From: Lactobacillaceae bacterium
GTDB taxonomy: Bacteria > Bacillota > Bacilli > Lactobacillales > Lactobacillaceae
Direction: 5' to 3'
DNA length: 37,669 bases
Assembly (NCBI GenBank): GCA_031261865.1
Contig: JAISIV010000019.1
Coordinates: 1-37,669, forward strand
Position numbers and translations under genes: made by a program. Under the pieces are notes generated by a model. That model made no database searches and was not told the origin of the DNA. It was given only the letters and a program-made list of their open reading frames with translations. Below are positions 17,824 through 30,370 of the stretch, piece by piece (within the stretch, counting starts at the first letter, position 1; each line of letters starts with the position of its first letter).

Positions 17824-18574
17824 AATTACAATCGCATACGACGGGCACGATTTTGAAGGCTTCCAAACTCAAAATAGACCAGGTTCAAGAACTGTCCAAG
17901 ATGAACTTAATAAGGCGGTAAACATTTTGGCAAAAAAAGCCGAACTTGAGGAACCGATTAAGGTTATTGGAGCTTCAAGAACCGATTCCGGAGTTCACGC
18001 AAACGGACAAGTTGCTAATTTTCATTTTCCTTATGAGATGGAAGCTTATCAAATGTCACTGGCTCTGAATTCGATTTTGCCGGGCGATATTTCAATTAAA
18101 AAAACCGAGCTAGTTGATGATGATTTTCATGCTCGTTTTAGCGGACACTCCAAAAGATATTATTACCGTGTGTCTTTAGATGATTTCATTAATCCTTTTA
18201 AACGTTTTTACACAGCTCATTATTATTGGAAATTAGATTTGTCTAAAATCCAAATTGCGCTCCCGGATTTACTCGGCGAACATGACTTTGCTTCTTTTGC
18301 AGCGGCAGGTAATCAGACTGAAAATACGATTCGCACAATTACCAGGGCCGATATGGAATTCAACCAAAAAGAAAATGAAATTGTCTTCACTTTTGAGGGA
18401 AACGCATTTGTCTACAACCAGATAAGAATTATGGTTGGCGTCCTGCTTGAAATAGGTAATAATAAGAGAGAAGTTCACGACATCTTGAGATTGTTTGAAG
18501 TCAAAGACCGACAACAAGCGAGATTCACTGCTCCGGCAAGTGGACTATATTTAGACGAGGTGTTTTATGGATGA
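17810..18574 (+). CDS. truA: tRNA pseudouridine(38-40) synthase TruA
   Basis: YDGHDFEGFQ, SRTDSGVHA, FHARF, GEHDF, TAPASGLYL. Confidence 0.96.
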   Translation: MQNYKITIAYDGHDFEGFQTQNRPGSRTVQDELNKAVNILAKKAELEEPIKVIGASRTDSGVHANGQVANFHFPYEMEAYQMSLALNSILPGDISIKKTELVDDDFHARFSGHSKRYYYRVSLDDFINPFKRFYTAHYYWKLDLSKIQIALPDLLGEHDFASFAAAGNQTENTIRTITRADMEFNQKENEIVFTFEGNAFVYNQIRIMVGVLLEIGNNKREVHDILRLFEVKDRQQARFTAPASGLYLDEVFYG

Positions 18575-19400
18575 AGTAATTCAATCAGTACAGTTATTTT
18601 TACCAAACGAAGGGCAAGAGAATGAGAACGATTTACCAAGTGTTGCGGTAGTTAATATTTACCATCCAACGCAAGTTGATGCTATCGGCTTGGCTGAAGG
18701 TGTTGAAGATCAAGATTTCCAGCCATTCGCTGAAGATGTTGAACAATATGCCGGATATAAACCAATGGTTATGTCTCAAGATGCATTGTTCCTTGTGGGA
18801 AATGAGTTTTTCACAAATGTTGAACATGCCCAATTGCCTGACTTGGTTATTATTTTTGATGATGAATTAAAAGGCTTTATGCCATTCCCGTTGCAGGAAT
18901 TAGCGGCATTTATGAATGGATACGCTAATCAAGGACCAATGGTCGAACCTACTAGACAAGAGATGAATGATTTCTTACGTCTTCAAACTAAGGAAAATGA
19001 GTTGGTAGACAATCCTGAGCTCCAAAAAGCTCTAGATTTAAACGAATTAACTGACGATAACATGGAAGAAATGCTTAAAGAAGCAACTTTTCTTACGCCA
19101 GTTCGTCTAGGAAAAAAGAACCTTAAAAAATCACAAATTGATTTCTTCTTACTGACTATCGACGACGAAGAAAAGTCTAATTTTATGCCATTATTTACGG
19201 ATTGGGGTCATTTGAATAGTTGGTATTTTTCACAATCGGGTGAAGGTTTCAAAAAGGCTAAAGATCATGAAATTGCTGCTATTCCTTTAGATCAAGTTTA
19301 TGGAGTGATTGATAATGCTGATTCAAACATTCAAGCGGCTGTCATTAACCCTGTAACTAACGATTTTGTAATACAATTAGAGGCTGATAACGAAGACTAA
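18567..19400 (+). CDS. Acidic protein with C-terminal SseB-like domain
   Basis: FLTPV...MPLFTDW...AVINP pattern typical of the SseB family; overlaps the truA stop, SD GAGGTG. Confidence 0.6.
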   Translation: MDEVIQSVQLFLPNEGQENENDLPSVAVVNIYHPTQVDAIGLAEGVEDQDFQPFAEDVEQYAGYKPMVMSQDALFLVGNEFFTNVEHAQLPDLVIIFDDELKGFMPFPLQELAAFMNGYANQGPMVEPTRQEMNDFLRLQTKENELVDNPELQKALDLNELTDDNMEEMLKEATFLTPVRLGKKNLKKSQIDFFLLTIDDEEKSNFMPLFTDWGHLNSWYFSQSGEGFKKAKDHEIAAIPLDQVYGVIDNADSNIQAAVINPVTNDFVIQLEADNED

Positions 19401-19423
19401 TTAGGTCTATTTAAGGAGAAAAT

Positions 19424-19849
19424 ATGGATTCACAAGGTTTACAACAACAAATGGCTTCCACACGTTCAATTAACAAGTGGTCAATGATATTAAGTATTGC
19501 TACTGTAGTATTAGTTGTTCTGTTCTACTCAACAATTATTCCAGCGGCGGCGATTGCAGAATATAATAATTCTGCACCATCTGCTGCTCTAGCCGGATTG
19601 GGATGGTTTGGGATTTTAAGTTTGCTACTTGCATTCGTTGCAGGAATTGCAAACTTTGTCGTAAAAATCATTGCCGCAGTTAAGAACAATAACTATGCTA
19701 TTAAAGAAGTTTATAGAAAGTCAGGTCAAGGGGATGCGGCTGGAATTCTTTCAATTCTTGCTGTCTTCTTCCTTGGATTAATCTTCTCGATCATTATTTT
19801 TGTTCAAACAAAAAATGTTTTGCAACAAGAAGTTGAAATTGAAGACTAA
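19424..19849 (+). CDS. Hypothetical membrane protein (3 TM)
   Basis: SD AAGGAG; three hydrophobic helices. Confidence 0.75.
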   Translation: MDSQGLQQQMASTRSINKWSMILSIATVVLVVLFYSTIIPAAAIAEYNNSAPSAALAGLGWFGILSLLLAFVAGIANFVVKIIAAVKNNNYAIKEVYRKSGQGDAAGILSILAVFFLGLIFSIIIFVQTKNVLQQEVEIED

Positions 19850-19860
19850 TCTTCAGACAA

Positions 19861-19903
19861 CAAAAAGCCCCGTGTTCATTTTTCAGAACATGGGGCTTTT
19901 TTG
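19861..19903. terminator. Bidirectional terminator
   Basis: CAAAAAGCCCCGTGTTC / GAACATGGGGCTTTTTTG. Confidence 0.85.
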
Positions 19904-19904
19904 A

Positions 19905-22001
19905 TTAGTTTTTTGCAGCTGAGAGAACAACCTTGTTATCAACTAAATCCGCATTGATATTTTTAACATCAGGATTATCCAAATAGATATCAGCAATCTG
20001 GTCTTCAAGAGTATCTTGAACTAATCGACGCAAAGGACGAGCACCCATTTCTGGAACATATCCTTTGTCGACCAACCATTCAATCACTGTTTTATCCGGT
20101 TTAATATTTAGACCTCTTTCGCCAATCATAGAATTGATATTTTCAATCATATTATTAACGATTTGACTTAAGGCTTTTTTATCAAGTGGTTGGAACTCGA
20201 CAATCGCGTCGAAACGATTTAAGAATTCAGGTTTGAAGTAGTTTTTCAGTTTGTCTACAAGAACTGCTTTTTCATCTTGAACATCATCGTTGCCGAAACC
20301 AACAGCCCCGGCCGTGGTATCACCAGTACCAGCATTAGATGTTGCTATAACAATAGTGTCTTTGAAACTTACAACGTGGCCTTGGGAATCAGTTAGGCGG
20401 CCATCATCTAAAATCTGCAAAAACATGTTCAAAACATCCTTATGGGCTTTTTCGATTTCGTCCAAAAGAATTAACGAATACGGATGACGACGAACCTGCT
20501 CAGTCAATTGTCCAGCCTCTTCATAACCAACATATCCAGCTGGAGCCCCGATCATTTTAGAAATAGAATGAGGTTCCATGTATTCGGACATATCAAAGCG
20601 AATCATCGCATCTTCAGAACCAAACATTTCTTTTGCCAGTTGTTTTGCGGTTTCCGTTTTTCCAACACCGGTAGGGCCAACAAACAAGAAACTTCCAATT
20701 GGACGGCCGGACTTAGTTAGTCCAACTCGGTTACGACGAATAGCCTTAGCAACCGTAGATACGGCTTTATCTTGTCCAATTACATGAGACTGCAAATTAC
20801 CTTCAAGATTTTTAAGTTGAGTGGAATCATTTTCACTTAATTCGTTTACTGGAATCTTGGTTTTTTCTTCAATGACATCCAATAAGTCTTTTACGGTAAT
20901 GTCGCGGCTAACTTTTTCCTTATTCTTCGAGGCTAATTCCTTTTGCTTTTCTAGGCTAGCAGTTTGATTTTGCCAGTAGAGAGCCTGTTCAAAGTTTTCA
21001 GAATCGGCGGCTTTTTGTTTTTCAATTTGAGCGTTATCAATTTTCTTTTGAATTTCACTCTCATCAATCAACTCCAAACGTAAATTTCTTTTTGAACCAA
21101 CTTCATCAATTAAATCGATTGCCTTGTCCGGCAAGAAGCGATCATTAATATAACGAGTTGACAACTTAACAGCTTGTTCTAAAACCTCATCGGGATACTT
21201 TACTTGATGGAATTCTTCGTACTTTGGACGAATGCCTTTTAGAATTTCTACAGTTTCGGCTTCTGTTGGTTCATCAACTTGGACCGGTTGGAATCGACGA
21301 GCCATAGCACCGTCTTTTTCAATCTTTCGATATTCATTTAAGGTTGTGGCACCCACCATTTGGAACTCACCACGGGCAAGCGCAGGCTTTAAGATGTTTC
21401 CAGCGTCCATCGAACCCTCTTGAGATGAGCCAGCACCCATGATTTCATGAACTTCGTCAATGAACAAAATGATGTTTTTAGCATCCGAAACTTCTTGAAT
21501 CAAACGTTGCATTCGTTGTTCGAATTGTCCGCGCATGCTTGTTCCTTGAACCATTGAAACCATATCCAAGCGGTAAACTTCTTTTCCAACTAATTTTTCT
21601 GGAACTTCACCGCTCACAATTGACAAAGCCAATCCTTCAACGACCGCCGTTTTACCAACACCAGGTTCTCCAATTAAGACTGGGTTGTTCTTGGTGCGAC
21701 GATTCAAAATCTCAATCACACGATTAATCTCATCGTCTCGTCCGATAACTGGATCGATTTTGCCGTTTCGAGCAAGTTCGGTTAAGTTGATTCCGTATTC
21801 ATCTAGCAGAGTACGAGGTTTTTTCGGTTTACGAGAATTGTCGCCGCCGTTGTTACCGTTATTGATTTGACCAGGATTCATGAACATCATGCCGCCATTT
21901 TGTTGCATGCGCATAAGTTCTTCATCGGTGAGTCCGCCGTTTAATTGACGGAAAATATCATCCAAATTGAATCCGTTATTTCCATTATTATTATCAGCCA
22001 T
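19905..22001 (-). CDS. clpE: ATP-dependent Clp protease ATP-binding subunit ClpE (no N-terminal Zn finger)
   Basis: [53 protein letters not shown]. Start ATG 22001 with SD GGGAGG; divergent from ptsH. Confidence 0.85.
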   Translation of the reverse strand: MADNNNGNNGFNLDDIFRQLNGGLTDEELMRMQQNGGMMFMNPGQINNGNNGGDNSRKPKKPRTLLDEYGINLTELARNGKIDPVIGRDDEINRVIEILNRRTKNNPVLIGEPGVGKTAVVEGLALSIVSGEVPEKLVGKEVYRLDMVSMVQGTSMRGQFEQRMQRLIQEVSDAKNIILFIDEVHEIMGAGSSQEGSMDAGNILKPALARGEFQMVGATTLNEYRKIEKDGAMARRFQPVQVDEPTEAETVEILKGIRPKYEEFHQVKYPDEVLEQAVKLSTRYINDRFLPDKAIDLIDEVGSKRNLRLELIDESEIQKKIDNAQIEKQKAADSENFEQALYWQNQTASLEKQKELASKNKEKVSRDITVKDLLDVIEEKTKIPVNELSENDSTQLKNLEGNLQSHVIGQDKAVSTVAKAIRRNRVGLTKSGRPIGSFLFVGPTGVGKTETAKQLAKEMFGSEDAMIRFDMSEYMEPHSISKMIGAPAGYVGYEEAGQLTEQVRRHPYSLILLDEIEKAHKDVLNMFLQILDDGRLTDSQGHVVSFKDTIVIATSNAGTGDTTAGAVGFGNDDVQDEKAVLVDKLKNYFKPEFLNRFDAIVEFQPLDKKALSQIVNNMIENINSMIGERGLNIKPDKTVIEWLVDKGYVPEMGARPLRRLVQDTLEDQIADIYLDNPDVKNINADLVDNKVVLSAAKN

Positions 22002-22019
22002 TGGTACCTCCCAATAATG

Positions 22020-22074
22020 TTTGACCATATTTGACCATTAATAGAATTATACACCTTAGTCAGTATTGGTCAAA
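22020..22074 (-). promoter_or_regulatory. clpE promoter with CtsR operators
   Basis: Minus strand GGTCAAA-TAT-GGTCAAA (22020-22036); second AGTCAGT-ATT-GGTCAAA (22058-22074) overlapping -35 TTGACC; -10 TATAAT at 22046-22051. Confidence 0.85.
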
Positions 22075-22116
22075 GTTTTTTTCTGTTAAGATTTGGTTAT
22101 ATAACTGGGGAAGAAA

Positions 22117-22287
22117 ATGGACTATCAAAAGTTACTAGAAGATCTTCGAGGAGGAGTTATAGATGAGTTCGAGCTTGAATCGGATCAATATAACGATTTC
22201 TATGAAGTTTGGAAAAATTACCACCATCGAGGTGATATTAAAGGGATTGCCGGACGATTAGGAAAAATCAAATATGTCAGACAATGA
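22117..22287 (+). CDS. Small hypothetical protein (56 aa), missing from the ORF track
   Basis: MDYQKLLEDLRGGVIDEFELESDQYNDFYEVWKNYHHRGDIKGIAGRLGKIKYVRQ; purine-rich SD GGGGAAG; fills the clpE-ptsH gap. Confidence 0.75.
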   Translation: MDYQKLLEDLRGGVIDEFELESDQYNDFYEVWKNYHHRGDIKGIAGRLGKIKYVRQ

Positions 22288-22298
22288 AAGACATTTCT

Positions 22299-22335
22299 TG
22301 TAAGCGTTTACATTTTAATTTACATAAGATATAAT
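22299..22335 (+). promoter_or_regulatory. ptsH promoter with CcpA cre site overlapping -35
   Basis: TGTAAGCGTTTACA (22299-22312) matches the cre consensus; -35 TTTACA, 17 nt spacer, TATAAT at 22330-22335. Confidence 0.8.
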
Positions 22336-22366
22336 TATTTAGTAATTTATTTGGAGGAATACAATA

Positions 22367-22630
22367 ATGGTTTCAAAAGAATACAAAGTCGTTGCTGAAT
22401 CTGGAATTCACGCACGTCCTGCAACAATGTTAGTTAAGAAAGCTTCTGAATTTGAATCAAAGATTACTTTGAAGTTCAATGATAAAGAAGTTAATCTTAA
22501 GTCAATCATGGGTGTAATGAGCTTAGGTGCCGGACAAGGTGCTGAAATCGAAATCATCGCCGAAGGTACTGATGAAGATGCTGCTCTCGCAGGATTAGAA
22601 GAAACTTTGAAGAGTGAAGAACTCATCTAA
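22367..22630 (+). CDS. ptsH: Phosphocarrier protein HPr
   Basis: GIHARPA (His15), [12 protein letters not shown] (Ser46). Confidence 0.97.
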   Translation: MVSKEYKVVAESGIHARPATMLVKKASEFESKITLKFNDKEVNLKSIMGVMSLGAGQGAEIEIIAEGTDEDAALAGLEETLKSEELI

Positions 22631-22640
22631 TTTTTTAAAT

Positions 22641-22670
22641 TGACTTCTCAAATTTGAGGGGTCATTTTTT
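22641..22670 (+). terminator. Intrinsic terminator after ptsH
   Basis: TGACTTCTCA / TGAGGGGTCA plus T-tract. Confidence 0.7.
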
Positions 22671-22702
22671 GTATTTAAATAAAGGAAAAAGAGGAATTAA
22701 AC

Positions 22703-24630
<1,928 letters not shown>

Positions 24631-24634
24631 TTGG

Positions 24635-24659
24635 AAAGCCCTGTTTATAGGGCTTTTTT
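24635..24659 (+). terminator. Intrinsic terminator
   Basis: AAAGCCCT / AGGGCTTT plus T-tract. Confidence 0.8.
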
Positions 24660-24699
24660 ACTACCTTGAAAATGGTGAGATGATATAATTTTTAGGTTA

Positions 24700-25395
24700 A
24701 TGAACGGTTTAATTGAAAGTTTAAAAAACCAGTTTGGCATCTCATTTCAAAATATTGATTTATTAAAACAAGCATTCACTCATGGAACCTATTTGCATGA
24801 TGTGATGCACGATGAAGGTACAGACTACCAGAGATTGGAATTTTTAGGCGACTCAGTCATGCAATTGATGGTCGCTGATTTTTTGTACAAATCTTTTCCA
24901 GAATGGGATGAAGGTCAACTGACCGAGGCCAGAATTTCAATGGTCCAAAGCAAGTCATTCTCGCATTTTGCGCGGATGGCTCATTTCCAAGATTTCATTT
25001 TGTTGAATGAAACTACAAAAAAACAAAAATTTAATGAACGCGACAATTTGCTTGAGGATATCTTTGAAGCTTTTATTGCCGCTTTATATATCGATCAAGG
25101 CGAAGATGAAGTTAGACATTTTCTTGATCAAACTATTTACAAGGCGTTCAAAGAAGGTTATTTTAATCAATTCATAAACTACAAAACCAAACTACAAGAA
25201 CTTGTCCAACAAGCTGGAAAAGTGGATATTCAATACGTGGTCACTGAACGTAACGAAGAAGATCAAACCAAACCAACTTTTACCGTTGAACTTATGATCA
25301 ACGGTTTTAAACAAGCTAGTGCTACTGCACCATCAATCAAAAAGGCCGAAACCAAGGCTGCCGAAATCGCATATCAGGAGTTAAGTAAACAATGA
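24700..25395 (+). CDS. rnc: Ribonuclease III
   Basis: QRLEFLGDS, DIFEAFIAALY, dsRBD NYKTKLQE...KKAETKAA. Confidence 0.95.
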   Translation: MNGLIESLKNQFGISFQNIDLLKQAFTHGTYLHDVMHDEGTDYQRLEFLGDSVMQLMVADFLYKSFPEWDEGQLTEARISMVQSKSFSHFARMAHFQDFILLNETTKKQKFNERDNLLEDIFEAFIAALYIDQGEDEVRHFLDQTIYKAFKEGYFNQFINYKTKLQELVQQAGKVDIQYVVTERNEEDQTKPTFTVELMINGFKQASATAPSIKKAETKAAEIAYQELSKQ

Positions 25396-28300
25396 AGTTA
25401 AAGTCAATTGAAATTAATGGGTTCAAATCTTTCGCTGATAAAACCGTAATCGAATTTCAAGATGGCTTAACTGGAATCGTTGGTCCAAATGGTTCAGGAA
25501 AATCCAACGTTATTGAAGCTATTCGCTGGGTTATGGGTGAGCAATCCGCTAAAGGTTTACGTGGCGATAAAATGGTCGACGTTATTTTTGGTGGATCAAA
25601 AAACCGTAACGCCATGTCTCGTGCTTCGGTGACTATGAACATTGATAATTCGGATCATTTTTTGCAAACCGACTATAACGAAGTTGAAATCACTCGTCGC
25701 CTTTATCGAAATGGGGATTCTGAATACTTAATCAACGGAGTTAAATCCCGCTTAAAAGATATTAGTGATTTATTCATGGATACTGGTTTGGGTCGTGAGA
25801 GTTTTTCGATTATTAATCAGGGAAAAGTTGAAACTATTTTTAACGCCAAACCTGAAGAACGCCGTGCCATTATTGAAGACGTTGCAGGTGTTTATAAATA
25901 TAAAAAAAATAAAGAACGCACCGAAAACGAATTAAAAGTTACGTCCGAAAACTTAGAGCGCCTGGCTGATATCATCGCTGAAAATGAATCCCGTTTAGAT
26001 CCATTGAGAAAGCAAGCCGAAGAGGCCAAAGTCTTTCAATCTCTTCAAGTTGAACATGACAATTTGAATTTAGTCCGAAATATTCGCCAACTAAATGATT
26101 CTCAAAATCAAGTAAAAGAATTTGAAAATAATTTAATTGATGAAAAGTCAAAATTGATGGATTTAGAGAATTCTATTTCTGAAATCACTGAAAAAAGGCA
26201 ACAAAATTCGGCTGAGATATCCAATATTGAAAATCAAATCAATCAGTTATCTGTGGCTATTGAAAGCCAAACAGGAGAATTAGAACGCACTAAGGGTGAC
26301 AATTTACTCCGTAATAACCAACTTGAAACTTTACAAAACGAAAAGGCCCGCTTGTCTAACGAAGTGGAAACTTTTCAAGCTCGTCTAGATGAATTAAACG
26401 ACATCTTATCCGACGCAAAATCCCAAATAGAATCGAAAACTCAAGCTCTCAATCAGACTCAAAATGAATTGGATACTTACTACCAAGAAAGTGGTCAAAG
26501 TCAAAGAGATATTGAAGCTGAAAAGTTAGCTAATTTGCGCGAAGAATATATGGCAAAACTAGTTGAGATTACTAGTTTTGAAAATGAGATAAAGACTTAT
26601 CAACGAGACAATGAAAAAGTAGCTGACCGTTTAAATAAATTAGATGAAAGAACTTCTAGTTTAGAAGAACAGATTGAATCCACCAAACTTGAACTGGCTG
26701 AATTTGGACAGGACGGGGATGAACTAGATTATCAAACTCTTCAAAATAATGTTGATTCCAGTCTTCAAAGCCTTAACCAAAAAAAAGAACAACTAAATTC
26801 GTTAACAGGGCTTTATAACCAAAATCTCAATCAGTTTAATCAAGATAGGGCACGTCTAGAAAGCCTTCAAAATTCGACTGAAAATTCTAATTATTATTTC
26901 GGTGTAAAAAACATCCTCGAAGTTAGAAATAATTTCCCAGGTCTTTTCGGTACAGTGGCTGAATTAATCGATATTGATTCAAAGAATGCTAATGCCATTG
27001 AAATGGCTTTAGGGGCTGCTTTGCAAAATGTGATTGTCGATACCGAACAAACCGCTAAAAGGGCCGTTGGTTACTTACGTGATCGAAAATTAGGACAGGT
27101 AACTTTCTTACCAGTAACCAACATCAAGGGGCGCAACTTCCCACAAGATGTGCTGAACCAAATTAGAAATATAAATGGTTTTATCGGTATCGCTAGTGAC
27201 TTAGTGACGACTGATTCACGTTTTCAAGAAATTGTTGATAATTTACTTGGTTTAGTAATCGTTGCAAAATCTATCGATGACGCCTTCAATATCTCAAGAG
27301 CATCCAATAGACGCTTTAACGTGGTTACTTTGGATGGAAGTATTGTCAGAGCCGGTGGAGCCATCACTGGTGGGGCCACTAGAAATCAAGGTGGATTGCT
27401 AAAAAGAAATGCTGAAATTGCTGACTTACGAGAAAAAGTAGAAGTTGAATCGCAAAAAGTCGAAGAAGCTCGTCGTGTAATTGAAGGATTGCAAACAGAA
27501 ATTCAAAATTCAGAAACTCAATTTACTGAAATTAGAAATGAATTGATCACCAAAAAAGAGTCAATTCAATTAGCCGTGGGTGGCCGCAAATTAGTTCAGG
27601 ATCGTCTAAATTCTCTCAACCAAAACCTTCAAAACGAAAAAACTCAAGCTGCCGAATTAAATCAAGAACTAAGTAGCAATAATGCTGATTTAATTACAGC
27701 GAGAGCCGCCTTAGAAAACACTTCAGAAGATTCCGAAAAGTTATTGGCTCAAATCAATACTTTAGAAGCCAATCAAGTAAGTTCAAGTAAAGATGGTGTG
27801 ATGGATTTCGTCACTGAAAAGAGAACTACGATTGCTACTCTGAAGGCTGAAATCCAAGCTCTCAACACTCGTATTTCAGAAACTGAAACGCAAATTCAAA
27901 CCGTACAAGAACGTCTAGATAAGGTTTTGTTATTACAATCTGAAAATGAATCCAAATTTGAAGCATTTGAAAAAGACAATATCGATGATTCATTAGTTAA
28001 TCAAATTGATGGCGAACTTAAATCTAATATTCAGGCTCGAGACGATTTAAATGAGTTATTAAAACAGGCCCGAATTGAACGAAACGAACTATCAAATTCT
28101 AATAACCAAGAACAAGATCAATATCGTAAGATTTCAAATTCAATTACCAGTCTGGAAAATAAAAAGATTTCGGCAGAAACTAGAATTGAACAAATTCAAG
28201 AAACATTACGCGAATTGGAATATGATGCAAACACGGAACTAGATTTATTGGAGTCAAGAAGTGTTCAAGATTTGAACCAAGCCGTCTCTGATTTGAAGCG

Positions 28301-28928
28301 TGAGTTAGCTAAGCATCCTTTGGTTAACCTCGGTGCTATTGAAGAATTAGAACACGTCTCCGAAAGATATAATTTCTTAACAACACAGCGAGATGATCTA
28401 ATTGGATCAATTGAAGATTTAAAAAAGGCAATTGCTGAATTAGATAAAGAAGTTATTGAAAAGTTCGCTAAAACATTTACTGCCGTTTCAAATCAATTTG
28501 AAAAAACTTTCCCAACTTTGTTTGGTGGTGGTTCAGCCCAACTAAAGTTGACTAACCCAGATGATATGTTGACAACTGGAATTGATATTATTGTCGCTCC
28601 ACCTGGAAAAAAAGCTCGCGGATTGTCGGCTCTTTCCGGTGGAGAAAAAGCACTTACTGCAATTTCCTTACTGCTTTCGATTTTGTTGGTTAACCCAGTT
28701 CCGTTTGCAATCTTGGACGAAACTGAAGCCGCTCTTGATGAATCTAAGGTCGACACCTACGGTCGCTTCTTAGCTGAATTCGGAAAGCAAACTCAATTTA
28801 TCGTCATCACTCACCGCAAACCAACGATGAAATATGCCAATGTTTTGTATGGGGTCACTATGCAAGAACCTGGAATATCAACTATGATTAGTATCACCTT
28901 GGATGAAGCAAGACAAGTCCAACAATAA
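25392..28928 (+). CDS. smc: Chromosome segregation protein SMC
   Basis: GFKSF, GPNGSGKSN, hinge GSIVRAGGAITGG, LSGGEK, LDETEAALD; long coiled coils. Confidence 0.97.
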   Translation: MKLKSIEINGFKSFADKTVIEFQDGLTGIVGPNGSGKSNVIEAIRWVMGEQSAKGLRGDKMVDVIFGGSKNRNAMSRASVTMNIDNSDHFLQTDYNEVEITRRLYRNGDSEYLINGVKSRLKDISDLFMDTGLGRESFSIINQGKVETIFNAKPEERRAIIEDVAGVYKYKKNKERTENELKVTSENLERLADIIAENESRLDPLRKQAEEAKVFQSLQVEHDNLNLVRNIRQLNDSQNQVKEFENNLIDEKSKLMDLENSISEITEKRQQNSAEISNIENQINQLSVAIESQTGELERTKGDNLLRNNQLETLQNEKARLSNEVETFQARLDELNDILSDAKSQIESKTQALNQTQNELDTYYQESGQSQRDIEAEKLANLREEYMAKLVEITSFENEIKTYQRDNEKVADRLNKLDERTSSLEEQIESTKLELAEFGQDGDELDYQTLQNNVDSSLQSLNQKKEQLNSLTGLYNQNLNQFNQDRARLESLQNSTENSNYYFGVKNILEVRNNFPGLFGTVAELIDIDSKNANAIEMALGAALQNVIVDTEQTAKRAVGYLRDRKLGQVTFLPVTNIKGRNFPQDVLNQIRNINGFIGIASDLVTTDSRFQEIVDNLLGLVIVAKSIDDAFNISRASNRRFNVVTLDGSIVRAGGAITGGATRNQGGLLKRNAEIADLREKVEVESQKVEEARRVIEGLQTEIQNSETQFTEIRNELITKKESIQLAVGGRKLVQDRLNSLNQNLQNEKTQAAELNQELSSNNADLITARAALENTSEDSEKLLAQINTLEANQVSSSKDGVMDFVTEKRTTIATLKAEIQALNTRISETETQIQTVQERLDKVLLLQSENESKFEAFEKDNIDDSLVNQIDGELKSNIQARDDLNELLKQARIERNELSNSNNQEQDQYRKISNSITSLENKKISAETRIEQIQETLRELEYDANTELDLLESRSVQDLNQAVSDLKRELAKHPLVNLGAIEELEHVSERYNFLTTQRDDLIGSIEDLKKAIAELDKEVIEKFAKTFTAVSNQFEKTFPTLFGGGSAQLKLTNPDDMLTTGIDIIVAPPGKKARGLSALSGGEKALTAISLLLSILLVNPVPFAILDETEAALDESKVDTYGRFLAEFGKQTQFIVITHRKPTMKYANVLYGVTMQEPGISTMISITLDEARQVQQ

Positions 28929-28946
28929 GTTTTAAAAGAGGTCCAC

Positions 28947-30056
28947 ATGGGATTATTCGATTCATTAAAAAAACGCAAACACGAAGATCAAACCGATGCT
29001 GATGTTGAAGAAATAGTTGAAACGCCAAAAAAAGAAGGACTGTTTTCACGAGTTAAAAAAGCGTTAGATGTTGATCTCGGTAATGAAGAAGATTATCAAG
29101 TTGAAAAACCGGCAGAAAAAAGTCCTGTAACTTATGAGAAAGGTCTAGAACAGTCTCGAAATAATTTTTCTGGACAAGTTAACAAGTTATTGGCTAACTT
29201 CCGTAACGTTGATGAATCATTTTTCGAAGATTTGGAAGATACACTTATTTCGGCTGATGTTGGTTTTGAAATGGCTATGAAAATTTCCGACGAACTAAGA
29301 GATGAAGCTCGTTTTCAAAATATCCGTTCAAAACAAGATGCTAAGAACATGATTCTTCAAAAACTAGTTGAGGTATATGAAGCATCTGGAGATGATGCTG
29401 AAATAGAAATGCATTTTGCTCCAAGCGGAACTCCAAGTATTTTCATGTTTGTTGGCGTTAATGGAGTGGGTAAAACTACTACCATCGGAAAACTGGCGAT
29501 GCGTTATAAAAACGAAGGTAAAAAAGTTCTCTTGGCTGCCGCAGACACTTTTCGTGCTGGAGCTACTCAACAACTACAAGAATGGGCTGATCGTGATGGC
29601 GTTGATATCGTGACCGGAAAAGAAAAAGCCGATCCTGCCTCAGTAGTTTTTGAAGCCGTTAAAAAAGCAGTAGAAGATGATTACGATGTTTTATTAGTCG
29701 ACACAGCTGGACGTTTACAAAATAACCAAAACCTGATGAAAGAACTTGAAAAAATGAAGAACGTCATCAAGCGTGAAATACCTGATGCGCCTAATGAAGT
29801 GCTTTTGGTTCTGGATTCTACAACCGGTCAAAACGCCGTAAACCAAGCTAAACTGTTCAAGGATTCGTCTGATGTAACTGGAATTGTCCTAACTAAACTT
29901 GACGGTACTGCTAAAGGTGGAATCGTTATGGCTATCCGAGAAGAGTTGAATTTACCTGTAAAATTTGTTGGTCTTGGTGAAGGGGTCGACGATTTGCAAG
30001 TATTTGATTCAAACGAATTCGTATATGGATTGTTCAAAGATTTAATTGAGGCCTAA
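28947..30056 (+). CDS. ftsY: SRP receptor FtsY
   Basis: GVNGVGKTTT, DTFRAGA, DTAGR, TKLDGTAKGG. Confidence 0.97.
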   Translation: MGLFDSLKKRKHEDQTDADVEEIVETPKKEGLFSRVKKALDVDLGNEEDYQVEKPAEKSPVTYEKGLEQSRNNFSGQVNKLLANFRNVDESFFEDLEDTLISADVGFEMAMKISDELRDEARFQNIRSKQDAKNMILQKLVEVYEASGDDAEIEMHFAPSGTPSIFMFVGVNGVGKTTTIGKLAMRYKNEGKKVLLAAADTFRAGATQQLQEWADRDGVDIVTGKEKADPASVVFEAVKKAVEDDYDVLLVDTAGRLQNNQNLMKELEKMKNVIKREIPDAPNEVLLVLDSTTGQNAVNQAKLFKDSSDVTGIVLTKLDGTAKGGIVMAIREELNLPVKFVGLGEGVDDLQVFDSNEFVYGLFKDLIEA

Positions 30057-30370
30057 TGGATATTTCTGAGAAACAAACATACGCAGAACTTTTTGGTACT
30101 TATGAATCAATTCTTCCTGATAAGTTAAGGAGTTATTTGGACGACACACTAATTTCAGATTTAAGTTTTTCTGAAATTGCTGAGAATGCTGGTATTACCA
30201 AACAAGCTGTCTCGAATCAAATTAAGCGAGGTTTAGCTGAGCTTGATAGATATGAAGAAAAACTTCAATTAGTTAATAGTTATCGGAAGCGTCGAGATTT
30301 AGAAGACCAAATTTTAGCAACCGGTGATTTGGAATTAGTTAAAAAGTTAATTCAATTAGAGGAGAAATAA
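30056..30370 (+). CDS. ylxM: YlxM (UPF0122) HTH protein
   Basis: DLSFSEIAE..GITKQAV...IKR....L..YEEKL; located between ftsY and ffh. Confidence 0.88.
   Translation: MDISEKQTYAELFGTYESILPDKLRSYLDDTLISDLSFSEIAENAGITKQAVSNQIKRGLAELDRYEEKLQLVNSYRKRRDLEDQILATGDLELVKKLIQLEEK

Noticed and set aside
22002-22028. ClpE start at 22028
   Set aside because: That ATG lies within the CtsR operator; the SD GGGAGG supports 22001.
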